Below are positions 29,123 through 38,294 of a stretch of DNA of 64,000 nucleotides, piece by piece. The stretch lies in the NCBI GenBank assembly GCA_964248365.1, contig CAXTYC010000004.1:32001-96000 (forward strand), given 5' to 3'. Below the pieces are notes generated by a model that was not told where the DNA came from, did no database searches, and saw only the letters and a program-made list of their open reading frames with translations. The stretch is from an uncultured Chroococcidiopsis sp. (GTDB taxonomy: Bacteria; Cyanobacteriota; Cyanobacteriia; Cyanobacteriales; Chroococcidiopsidaceae). Positions within the stretch are counted from its first letter, which is position 1. Each line of letters opens with the position of its first letter. A program made the position numbers and the translations under genes.

Positions 29123-29938
29123 ATGAACAAACTAAGCACACCAGAAAAACAGGCGTTTAATCAAGAAAGACGAGAGGTTCTGCAACAGCTAGAAGACTGG
29201 CTCGAAATGCCAATGCTTGTGCTTGGCTTGCTGTGGCTGGCGTTGTTTGTTATCGAGTTGATTTGGGGTTTGAGTCCTCTGCTCGAAGCGATTAGCACAG
29301 TTATTTGGATAATTTTTATTCTAGATTTCACGGTCAAATTTACCATAGCTCCACGCAAGCTTATATATCTTAAGAGCAACTGGCTAAGTGCTATTGCCCT
29401 TTTACTGCCTGCACTGCGCATCTTCCGAATTGCTCGCTTTATCCCAATACTAGGTACGGTACGGGCAACTCGTGGACTGAATTTAGTCCGAGTGATGACA
29501 CGCACTAATCGCGGTATGCGCGCCCTCGGTGTCAGTATGGAGCGTCGCGGCTTCGGCTATGTAGTGGCGCTGACGCTGATTGTTACCCTAGTGGGAGCAG
29601 CTGGGATGTATGCATTTGAACATAATACTCCCAACGGGGAAGGGCTGAATGACTACGGTACGGCGCTATGGTGGACAGCGATGATTATGACTACAATGGG
29701 TTCCCAATACTGGCCCCAAACTGCTGAGGGGCAGGTGCTTTGTTTCTTCCTAGCGCTATATGCTTTTGCCGTCTTTGGTTATGTGACAGCGGCGATCGCC
29801 ACTTTTTTTGTTGGTCGTGATGCCGAAGACAACGAAGGTGAGATAGCAAGTGAAAAATCTATCAATGCACTGCATGAGGAGATTAAAGCCTTACGTGCCG
29901 ATATCCAGGCATCCCGCCAGAACAATGATGCCCTCTAA
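29123..29938 (+). CDS. 6-TM voltage-gated ion channel family protein with atypical filter
   Basis: Arg-repeat S4 LRIFRIARF; pore helix ALWWTAMIMTTMGSQYWP..EG; S6; C-terminal coiled coil. Confidence 0.88.
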   Translation: MNKLSTPEKQAFNQERREVLQQLEDWLEMPMLVLGLLWLALFVIELIWGLSPLLEAISTVIWIIFILDFTVKFTIAPRKLIYLKSNWLSAIALLLPALRIFRIARFIPILGTVRATRGLNLVRVMTRTNRGMRALGVSMERRGFGYVVALTLIVTLVGAAGMYAFEHNTPNGEGLNDYGTALWWTAMIMTTMGSQYWPQTAEGQVLCFFLALYAFAVFGYVTAAIATFFVGRDAEDNEGEIASEKSINALHEEIKALRADIQASRQNNDAL

Positions 29939-29975
29939 TTCGCCTTAGTACTTGATTCATTTATTATCTAAAAAC

Positions 29976-30464
29976 ATGAAACGAGAGCCGTCACGCGATT
30001 CTTTAATTAATCTTCTTTTGCCGCTGGCATTAATCTTTGGTTTAGTTCTACTACTAAGTCTCAACGCCGGACAAACCAACACACAGACAGAAAAAGAACC
30101 ATTGGAGACATGGCTCAAGCTGCTAGTTGGCTACTTAGCGGCTGGGGCAGAAATTGCAGCTGCTTTAGTAATTGGTGGTGCAGTGATACGCGGTATTGTT
30201 AATTACGCCCGCCAATTGTTGTCGCGCTCAAGACAACATATTGATTCCACCGAAGCGATCCGCTTGCAATTGGGACGAGTGCTGGCGTTAGGATTGGAAT
30301 TTACCGTCGCAAGTGATATTCTTCGTACTGCTGTTGCACCTACTCGCCAGGATATTTTAAACCTTGGGGCGATCGTCCTTTTGCGAACTCTGCTCAATTA
30401 CTTCTTAGAGCGAGAAATTCAGCAAGGAGAACAAAGCCGTTTAGCTGCTCAAGAACGTAGTTAA
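29976..30464 (+). CDS. DUF1622 family membrane protein
   Basis: RLQLGRVLALGLEFTVASDILRT..P and LGAIVLLRTLLNYFL signature; ATG at 29976. Confidence 0.9.
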   Translation: MKREPSRDSLINLLLPLALIFGLVLLLSLNAGQTNTQTEKEPLETWLKLLVGYLAAGAEIAAALVIGGAVIRGIVNYARQLLSRSRQHIDSTEAIRLQLGRVLALGLEFTVASDILRTAVAPTRQDILNLGAIVLLRTLLNYFLEREIQQGEQSRLAAQERS

Positions 30465-30468
30465 AATT

Positions 30469-30984
30469 ATGAGTCACAAACGTTCAATCGCACCATTACA
30501 GGGAGCAAATCGCCCCGCCAGACGCAGGTTAAGTCTAAAGGGTGAGTTAGCCCTAGCAACAGCACCCACATTAACAGTCTTAGGTGTCCTTGCGCTAGTA
30601 GAAGCGTTGAGTAGGCAGCGCCTTCTATTCGCGTCTTTGGCTTCCAGTGCGTTTCTGATTTACCTCGATCCTCAGCACGGTACAAACACGGTTCGCACCC
30701 TAGTCACTGCACAAATAATGGCAGCAATCATCGGCTTGATTACTCACCTGATCTTGGGTTTTGGCTACTTATCTGGTGGCGTTGCAATGGTGATAACGAT
30801 CGTACTGATGATTTTGCTTGACATAATGCATCCCCCTGCCGTATCCACTTCTCTGAGCTTTGCCTTACGCGCTGGCAATGAAAACAACCTGGTTTTGTTC
30901 GGTTTGGCGGTGGGAATCACTGCCATCCTGGTTGTGCTACAGCGTGTTGCTTTGTGGTTGGTGACTCATTACAGTCGGGAATAA
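30469..30984 (+). CDS. HPP family membrane protein
   Basis: ASLASSAFL, MHPPA motif; 4-5 TMs. Confidence 0.88.
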   Translation: MSHKRSIAPLQGANRPARRRLSLKGELALATAPTLTVLGVLALVEALSRQRLLFASLASSAFLIYLDPQHGTNTVRTLVTAQIMAAIIGLITHLILGFGYLSGGVAMVITIVLMILLDIMHPPAVSTSLSFALRAGNENNLVLFGLAVGITAILVVLQRVALWLVTHYSRE

Positions 30985-31062
30985 TAGACTTCTTGCTCCA
31001 AGTCGTGAAAGGGGAAAAGGTAAATACAACAGGTTTAAAAGAGGCTGGAGCCGTGAGGCAAT

Positions 31063-33051
31063 CTATTCGCTCGGTAGCACTTCTGGGTTGTCATCTAGCG
31101 AAAGGAGGAATTGAATTAGATCGGTTTGATCTTGCATACTAAAACCAGCCCCAGGATCAACCCAATAGCGATGCCCACTACCGTCTACATTCGACTTGCG
31201 TAAACTTTCATTCTTCCGGTTAGCCTTTATCGCTTCTCTACGTAAACTTCTATCTACCAACACTCGCAAACTTGCCCCAGGATCGGGCAGGATATTTTGC
31301 ATAAGTGTACCTGCCATGCCGATTTGATGGCGATTTGCAACTTCAAAGCGTTTTTTCCCCTGCCGTAGTGCTTCCGCCCCAGCAGCAACACCTCCATCAT
31401 GCAGATATGGCGCGGTAACATAAAGTCCAATCAAACTAGGCACTTTGTAACCGCCCCCGTTACCATCAGCAAAGGCAAGTTTTATATCTTGTTCGGGTGT
31501 GATATCAGTGGGAACATCCAAAACGGGCGGATTAGATGGCAGAGGAACTGATACATTACTCGGATAAGTCTGCGGTGCTTGAAAAATGCGGCGGAATTTT
31601 GCCTGTGCCGTCGCCCGTGAAGGTTGAGTTTTGATTTGCGATTCTGCAATTACATGATTGTTAGTGAAATATCGCCCACTGTGACACTCGGCGCAACCCG
31701 CCTTTGTGAAAATTGCTGCCCCACGCTGTATAGACGTTGCATCCGATGTCTTTACAGGTGGCGGGGCAAGAGTATTTTGAAACGCAGACATTCCATTGAG
31801 TTGGGCAGCAACTGGCATTCCAGGTGAAGAAGCCATCAGCCCATCTAGGATAAACGGTGAACCCTTCGGATATCCAGGCATTGGGATCACCTCGTTAATT
31901 GCTGGTGTGCCTGGTGTTGGATCGTTCTGGGCTAAAAAGTCCGATGGTTTAGCGTTTTGTGGTAGTTTGAATGCGGGAGAGGCAGAATTTTGGAGTATTA
32001 CGCCTAAATAGGTTTCTTTGTCAATGCCTACCAAAGGTTGACTTGCCTCAGCCCCCGCTGTTAAATCTGAGTTAGTCCCATGCACATTGCTATTAAGTGT
32101 AGTTAGTCCGTGAAACCAACCAATTGCAGCATTACCGCTCCAGCCGTAGGGATATGCCTTAAAAGTATAGGAAGATGGATTTTGCGAGGGATTGTTTTTA
32201 TTATCACCCGTTGAGTCAAAGTTGCCTGGAGTCCAAGTTAGAAACGCTGCATCTACAGCTTTTTCTAAGGCTGCTGCATCTGGTAATTTTGCTTGCTTGC
32301 CATCTGCATTGATATATGTATGTTCACCAGAGCGAATTTTGAGCGGATTTACACCAGTCTGACGAAACCAAGCAGCTGAATTGCTAGCTAGTGCCAAAAT
32401 TAAGCCAGTGTCGAGATCATTGTTTGGTGCGCCTTCTAAAATGCGCCCTGTATTTTTATCAACAGCTGCATGACAAGCCGCGCAAGTAACACCGACACGA
32501 ATTTTACCTCTGTGGATGCGGGTTTGAATTCCCAATGGTACGAAAGAACCCGCAGCTACGTCTAATCCTGTGTTAAGTAATGTGCCTTTTTTGAAAGTGC
32601 GATCGCCCAAGGTCAAATCCCGATCCAACTTTACCTGCAAATTTGTTGTATGCTTACCACCAAGAGAAGCGATCGCTAGGGTTAAATTCCCAATATTGAG
32701 TGGTCCATTTAGAATACCAGTCACATCAGTAAAAAAGACTTCATTGCCAAAAGTCTCTGTATAAAACGCTTTACGACCAAGTTTAATTAAATCCTCAGTT
32801 ACAGCCACAGCCCCATTATCTGGTAATAATTCCTCCCCTCCCCCATCTTGTCGTAGATTCGCTGCTTCTTGTTTGCTAATAACTTTACCCAACACATCAT
32901 ACGAGCCAATTTCTTGCGCTGTAGGTTGTGTCAATGGTGTATATGTATTATTAACGCTCGGTGTGCCTGGAAAACCCAACTCAATTTGGTATGCCAAGAA
33001 GCTAACGAGGATAATCAAAGATAGCAATATCAACACCGAGCGTAAGCGCAT
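31063..33051 (-). CDS. Membrane-anchored/exported di-heme c-type cytochrome (CcP/MauG/RoxA-like superfamily)
   Basis: N-terminal TM; CAACH and CAECH; YKVPSLIGLYVTAPYLHDG; DLIQFLLSL. Confidence 0.8.
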   Translation of the reverse strand: MRLRSVLILLSLIILVSFLAYQIELGFPGTPSVNNTYTPLTQPTAQEIGSYDVLGKVISKQEAANLRQDGGGEELLPDNGAVAVTEDLIKLGRKAFYTETFGNEVFFTDVTGILNGPLNIGNLTLAIASLGGKHTTNLQVKLDRDLTLGDRTFKKGTLLNTGLDVAAGSFVPLGIQTRIHRGKIRVGVTCAACHAAVDKNTGRILEGAPNNDLDTGLILALASNSAAWFRQTGVNPLKIRSGEHTYINADGKQAKLPDAAALEKAVDAAFLTWTPGNFDSTGDNKNNPSQNPSSYTFKAYPYGWSGNAAIGWFHGLTTLNSNVHGTNSDLTAGAEASQPLVGIDKETYLGVILQNSASPAFKLPQNAKPSDFLAQNDPTPGTPAINEVIPMPGYPKGSPFILDGLMASSPGMPVAAQLNGMSAFQNTLAPPPVKTSDATSIQRGAAIFTKAGCAECHSGRYFTNNHVIAESQIKTQPSRATAQAKFRRIFQAPQTYPSNVSVPLPSNPPVLDVPTDITPEQDIKLAFADGNGGGYKVPSLIGLYVTAPYLHDGGVAAGAEALRQGKKRFEVANRHQIGMAGTLMQNILPDPGASLRVLVDRSLRREAIKANRKNESLRKSNVDGSGHRYWVDPGAGFSMQDQTDLIQFLLSLDDNPEVLPSE

Positions 33052-33075
33052 AATACCTTGCTAGCCATTAGTTCT

Positions 33076-33139
33076 GTAGGAGCGGGTTTATTAGAAATAC
33101 CTGTCCTCAAACAGACAAGTTAGTCAAACCCGCCCTTAC
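33076..33139. repeat. 64-bp REP/SDR-like element GTAGGAGCGGGTTT..AAACCCGCCCTTAC
   Basis: Imperfect 14-bp terminal inverted repeats; sister copy at 55224-55287. Confidence 0.85.
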
Positions 33140-33424
33140 TTTATGGCGAGCAACGCCGTTTATCGTCTGTCTAGAGAAAGAAAGAGTGATAGGGGAGATG
33201 GGGACAATTACCAATTACCAACTACCAATTACCTATTACCTAACGTCGCAGACGCTCTTGATATATATTGTAAAATTACAAAGAAAATATCAAACTTTTT
33301 GAATAATAAGCTTGGTTTAAATAAGTAGGTGGACATAATTAAGTATAAGATGCGCTCAAGAGTGAAAACATGGCAGTAAAATTTTTTCCCCTTTTCCCTT
33401 TTCCCTTTTCCCTTCTACTTAGCT

Positions 33425-34837
33425 ATGTCAATTGAACGAAAAACATATATATTCAAACCTCCATTCCGCCGTTCTCTCTGGCTGGAAAGATTAATAGCAA
33501 TTATTGCCTTAGTTAATTTTTGTCTAGTCCTATTTGACTTGACTTATATAAGCTGGCGTGATTTTTATTTTGAAAATGTTCCTAGCTTGGTTCAGTTATA
33601 CGATCCAATTAAAGGAATTGAACTCCATCGAGAAACTCAAGGCTATCTCCATCAGGTTCAGGAATTGGAAACACAGCTCAGGCAAACAGGTTTACAATCA
33701 CCTCCGGTAGAAAAATCTTTAGAAAATCTGCGCTCGCTAAGTAATGAGCTAATTGAAGATAATCCCTTTGCTGTAGCGAATAAAACTGGAAATTTAGAAA
33801 AAATCAAAAATCAGATCCGCGATCGCGTTGGCATATCCTCTGCTCATACTGCCTTCTCGACTTTTTGGAGTATAGCATATCTTTCTTCCTCGGGTTGGGA
33901 AAAAGAAATTAATTTTTTCAACATTCATATTAAACCTTTAATTGAAACTAACTACCATCGCCGACTTGGAATTAATGGTAAATTTGTTGACAAATTTTGG
34001 TTAATAGACTTACCTTTTGTGGTCTTATTCGGTCTAGAATTTTTAATTCGTACTTTTTATCTTAGTCGCCAACAACCAGGATTAAACTGGTTAGAAGCGA
34101 TGCTGCGACGCTGGTACGATATCTTTTTGTTGCTTCCCTTTTGGCGATGGCTTAGAGCGATTACGGTAACAATTCGTCTTTACCAAGCACAATTATTAAA
34201 TCTCGAACCTGTACGCCGACAAATTCAACACGATTTTGTCAGTAATTTTGCTGAAGATCTCACAGAGATTGTAGGTATCCGCTTGATTGATCAGGTTCAA
34301 GAAGCAATTGAGCGGGGTGATGCTGCTCGCTGGCTTTTACGAAGTGAGCGCCGACCATATATTAATATTAATAATACCAATGAAGTGCAGGCGATCGCCT
34401 CTCGCTTGCTCCACCTAATTGTTTATCAAGTTATCCCAAAACTTCGACCAGAGATAGAAGCTTTACTACATTACAATATTACCACAATCCTCAGTAAATC
34501 ACCTATTTATCAACAAGTCCAAAGTGTACCAGGTCTAAATAACTTACCCAAAGAATTGACTGAAAGATTAGTGACAGACATATCTCAATCGACTTACAGC
34601 ACACTGACAACTTTGTTAGAAGATCCTATCGTAATGGAAATGTCGAATCGTCTGATGCAAAACTTTAGTGAAGCATTAGAAGTAGAAGTTAAAAAGCAGC
34701 ATAACCTACAAGAAATTCAAAGTTTGTTATCTGATTTGCTTGAAGAAATCAAAATTAACTATGTCAAGGGAATTGCCCAAGGAGGAGTTGAAAAGAGTAG
34801 AGAAGAAGCAGAATTACTGCGTCAAATTATTAAATAG
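33425..34837 (+). CDS. Hypothetical membrane protein with voltage-sensor-like segments
   Basis: 470-aa ORF; TM1, large loop, then LFGLEFLIR / WYDIFLLLP / WRWLRAITVTIRL; helical C-terminus. Confidence 0.75.
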   Translation: MSIERKTYIFKPPFRRSLWLERLIAIIALVNFCLVLFDLTYISWRDFYFENVPSLVQLYDPIKGIELHRETQGYLHQVQELETQLRQTGLQSPPVEKSLENLRSLSNELIEDNPFAVANKTGNLEKIKNQIRDRVGISSAHTAFSTFWSIAYLSSSGWEKEINFFNIHIKPLIETNYHRRLGINGKFVDKFWLIDLPFVVLFGLEFLIRTFYLSRQQPGLNWLEAMLRRWYDIFLLLPFWRWLRAITVTIRLYQAQLLNLEPVRRQIQHDFVSNFAEDLTEIVGIRLIDQVQEAIERGDAARWLLRSERRPYININNTNEVQAIASRLLHLIVYQVIPKLRPEIEALLHYNITTILSKSPIYQQVQSVPGLNNLPKELTERLVTDISQSTYSTLTTLLEDPIVMEMSNRLMQNFSEALEVEVKKQHNLQEIQSLLSDLLEEIKINYVKGIAQGGVEKSREEAELLRQIIK

Positions 34838-34905
34838 CTGTTAGCTGTAACTGATAGTTGGTAGTTGGTAACAGGTATTGAGTAACTGGTAACTGGCTAT
34901 AGCAG

Positions 34906-35376
34906 TTACCAGATGCTAAGTGATTTGTCATCGGGCATGACTGCCCCATGTAGAACTGTAAAATTTAGCTTAGCATTAGTCAAATCTGCCTCAACTAAGA
35001 AGGCATTGCATAAATTTGCCATACTTAAATCAGCCTCAACTAAGTCAGCGAAACCAAGATTAGCCTCAGTTATGTTTGCTTGAGATAAGTTAGCCTGACT
35101 CAAAGAAGCCGCAATTAAATTTGCTTCTATCAGGTTTGCATCCTTTAAATTTGCCTTGCTCAGGTTTGCTTCACTTAGATTAGCCTTTCTGAAGTTAACT
35201 TTATATAGATTTGCCCCTTTCAAGTTAACCTGAGCTAGATTAGCCTCATTTAGGTTGGCATGACTTAGATTAATACCGTTCAAATTTGCGTCAGATAAGT
35301 TTGCACCAATTAAATTTACGTTACTAAAATCTCTTTCCCCTTGTCGATAACGCCTTAAAAGTTCATCTGCATTCAT
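34906..35376 (-). CDS. Pentapeptide repeat protein
   Basis: LLRRYRQGERDF start; A(N/D)LXX repeats; GAVMPD end. Confidence 0.96.
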   Translation of the reverse strand: MNADELLRRYRQGERDFSNVNLIGANLSDANLNGINLSHANLNEANLAQVNLKGANLYKVNFRKANLSEANLSKANLKDANLIEANLIAASLSQANLSQANITEANLGFADLVEADLSMANLCNAFLVEADLTNAKLNFTVLHGAVMPDDKSLSIW

Positions 35377-35653
35377 GTAACTTATCTCTCAATATAAATA
35401 CTTTTTTGAAATGTATTCTCTTGTTCTCAGGCTGAGCCTGGAAGAGCCTTGGTAGACTAATAGTGCAAAATCCAAGAAAAACAGCAAAGTTACTGATCTA
35501 GCAATTTAGCTGTAACTGTTTTACTAAGATTCCATCTCAAGAAAGAGAGTCAAGTTAAGTTTGATTGTATATTTTTGTACTAAATATTCTTTAAAAAAAT
35601 TTCTACACGCTGACAAATTTTCCAAGTTTCTAGTCACCAAGTGTAGGGAGAAA

Positions 35654-36256
35654 TTAACAAATAGGAAGATTACCTGGATTCACAGCATGAATATACTCAC
35701 TACCTGAATCAGGCCAACCTCTTTTATACGCAGCTTCCTGTGGTTGTCCCCATCCCAGTTGCAGCACAATTTCCAAAAAATTTGAATTCTCCGACTTCCA
35801 AAGACTAGCCCATTGAGTTCTCTGAATAATTCTTTCGACATCAATGGGTATAATCTGCCGATAGTTTTTTCCGTGATTAAAACTTAGATATATATCCATG
35901 CCAACGGTGACTTCATTCCAGAAGGCAATAATAGAAGCTTTGAAATCGAGGAGTATTTCTATATCGCTAGCCAAGGCAATCAGCTGAGCATCTACTTCGG
36001 GATAGCACAGAGTTTTGCCTTTTACAGTCAGTTGTCGCCAGACAATGCCTGAAACACCATTTTCTCTTTGGTAACGGTGAACAGCAGCCTTGAAGTCTTG
36101 ATAAGCGGTAAATTTTTGCAACCCTTCGGCTTTGAGATACTTGTCAATGACAGAATTGCCTGAAACCTTGGCGGCTAAGTTTAGACGCTGCCCCTGAAGA
36201 CAAGCCATCCGCTCGTTTGCCAAAATTTGGATTAGCTGCTGCGTAGTGTAGACCAT
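35654..36256 (-). CDS. Hypothetical protein
   Basis: 200-aa ORF with normal composition; no recognisable motif. Confidence 0.75.
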   Translation of the reverse strand: MVYTTQQLIQILANERMACLQGQRLNLAAKVSGNSVIDKYLKAEGLQKFTAYQDFKAAVHRYQRENGVSGIVWRQLTVKGKTLCYPEVDAQLIALASDIEILLDFKASIIAFWNEVTVGMDIYLSFNHGKNYRQIIPIDVERIIQRTQWASLWKSENSNFLEIVLQLGWGQPQEAAYKRGWPDSGSEYIHAVNPGNLPIC

Positions 36257-36317
36257 GAGCTAGTGCCTAGGGTCGAGTATAGAGAATATGGTAGCTACCT
36301 GAATTATCTATTGAAGA

Positions 36318-36547
36318 AGGGGCTAGGGGCTAGGGGAAGAGGCGCTCGTGCGCTCGTGCGAGAGGCTAGAGGAACCAGAAGTTAGAGGAACCAGAGGAAC
36401 CAGAGGAACCAGAGGAACCAGAGGATTTTGGATTGGATTGGATTGGTAGTTGGTAGTTGGTAGTTGGTACTTGAGAATTGGTAACTGGTAACTGGTAACT
36501 GGTAATTCTCCCCTTTGCTCCCCCAGCCCCTTTGCCCCTAGCCCCTC
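36318..36547. repeat. Mixed STRR tract (GGGGCTA, GAGGAACCA, TTGGTAG, CTGGTAA)
   Basis: Several tandem repeat types read directly. Confidence 0.9.
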
Positions 36548-36551
36548 CTCT

Positions 36552-37145
36552 TCACTTTGCTAATTCAGAGCTTAACTCGTTTACTGGTCGTCGCTTCAAC
36601 TCGACAGACTCTGAGCGGGGTAGCAAGTCAAACACTTCCCTCAAGGTGTCGTCTATTTCTTCATACGGTACTTGCCCTTTTTTGTTCAGGACAATCTTAC
36701 CCGCTTGATTAAACACGACGACTTGAGGAACCACACCTTTGTAGTAATACCCAGCTTCCCCTGGTGCATAGGTAGATTTAGGTGGGATGGCATCTACATT
36801 TACGGGAATGATATTTGTTGCCCGACCATAGAATGCTTGCAGGCGCGAAACGACTGGAGCATATTGCTTGCAGTCGCTGCAATCGTCTAGGTAAAGTACT
36901 AGCACAGTTGCCCTTTTGCTTTGCTGCAACGACTTTTCTAACTTGACTTTAGGTGGGACTAAGGAGGCATTACCGCCATATAAGACGAAGACGTTACCCT
37001 CATAACTGTCGTCTTTGATACCTGCCAAAGCAGATGGCATCCCTAGTAGGAAAAACAGACATCCCAGCAGCAGCAAAAACCTGGTGCAAAGACGCTGCCA
37101 AGAACGAATAGCTCTGATGGGTGAGTGTAACATGAGAAGATTCAT
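36552..37145 (-). CDS. Thioredoxin-fold thylakoid protein (photosystem I accumulation factor-like)
   Basis: Signal peptide ending ALA; YEGNVFVLYGGNASLVPP; CSDC; VPQVVV cis-Pro. Confidence 0.75.
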   Translation of the reverse strand: MNLLMLHSPIRAIRSWQRLCTRFLLLLGCLFFLLGMPSALAGIKDDSYEGNVFVLYGGNASLVPPKVKLEKSLQQSKRATVLVLYLDDCSDCKQYAPVVSRLQAFYGRATNIIPVNVDAIPPKSTYAPGEAGYYYKGVVPQVVVFNQAGKIVLNKKGQVPYEEIDDTLREVFDLLPRSESVELKRRPVNELSSELAK

Positions 37146-37241
37146 AGCACAAAGCTGTAGATTCGATCCGATAGTCTGTATCTATTAGAGCATCGTAAAA
37201 TACTGTCTTGCCATGCAGTTGCCTTTTTTGTGCGGTAATGG

Positions 37242-37270
37242 GTAGAGACGTAGCACTGCTACGTCTGTAC
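37242..37270. repeat. GTAG-type REP palindrome GTAGAGACGTAGCA-C-TGCTACGTCTGTAC
   Basis: Near-perfect 14-bp inverted repeat. Confidence 0.8.
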
Positions 37271-37733
37271 TTTTTTATTCTCCGCTTTGAATTACGAATT
37301 ACAAATTACTATGATTTTGTATTTTTGCATACGGAAATATTTGTACTAATATTGCGTATATACAAAAGCATCAATTGAACTTGGGTAAACTGTAATCTTA
37401 CAGTCAAAGTAATATTTATCAGATCTTGATATCCTAGGCTGACCACAAATAAAAATAATTAAAGTAAAAACAGCGCTTTTCAGGAAATGCACCTGACATT
37501 TTTGTCTTTGTACGCTTAGATAATTGATAAAACATCTATCTAAAGACTGAATTACTGTAAGACATTGGTGATGTAATTTACCTCTCAAGTTTATTTCTGC
37601 TTGAACTTTTGGCAGTTACGATTTGGACTAAGCTCTTTAGGAATTTGGGCGAGGAATTACAAATCTAAAAGCTAATCTAAAATCATCGAGTAAACCTTGA
37701 GCCTGAAAAGCTTAATCCAAGTTTTCAATTTAG

Positions 37734-37765
37734 TTGACAGCAAGGACTAATAGATGTATATCTAT
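37734..37765 (+). promoter_or_regulatory. Putative sigma70 promoter with overlapping operator for the arsR-RND unit
   Basis: TTGACA (37734-39), 17 nt, TATATC; palindrome ATAGAT-N4-ATCTAT at 37750-37765. Confidence 0.5.
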
Positions 37766-37816
37766 ATATAAATAAGTGTTGACGGTTGCGTTAGTAAAAA
37801 TTAGAGGAAATATTAG

Positions 37817-38125
37817 GTGAACGCAACCCAGTTTCAAAGGGTGGCGAAAGCCCTGGCAGAGCAGCGACGATTCGAGATATTAGAGGCGATCGCTATGAAT
37901 CAGGAATTGTCATGCAAAGAGATAGTAGAACAATTTACCGTATCGCAGGCAACAATTTCTCATCACCTGAAGGAGTTAATAAATGCTGGGTTAGTTAAGC
38001 CCCGCCGAGAAGGACAATACTGTTATTACAGCTTATGCCCTGAAGTTTTATCAGAATATATTTCCCAGTTACATCAACTCGTTGGACTGGGGATAGGGGG
38101 GCAAAAATCAAGAAATTTTATATAA
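37817..38125 (+). CDS. ArsR/SmtB family transcriptional regulator
   Basis: KALA..RRFEIL, SQATISHHLKEL..AGLV...REG. Confidence 0.93.
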   Translation: MNATQFQRVAKALAEQRRFEILEAIAMNQELSCKEIVEQFTVSQATISHHLKELINAGLVKPRREGQYCYYSLCPEVLSEYISQLHQLVGLGIGGQKSRNFI

Positions 38126-38294
38126 GAAAAGGAGAAAACTATGCGCGATCGCGCATAAGTTGAATAGATGGTATCAGCCATCAACGAACAAATATTGAAT
38201 AATTTGTAACCGTTATCAGACGGTAGTTTTGAAATTTAGGTACGAAGAAATTCTAACCAAAAACATTATTACAATCGTAACTGCTGTGTAAGAC

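Noticed and set aside
37346..37588. 80-aa ORF in the AT-rich spacer before arsR
   Set aside because: TTG start, no RBS or motif; likely regulatory DNA
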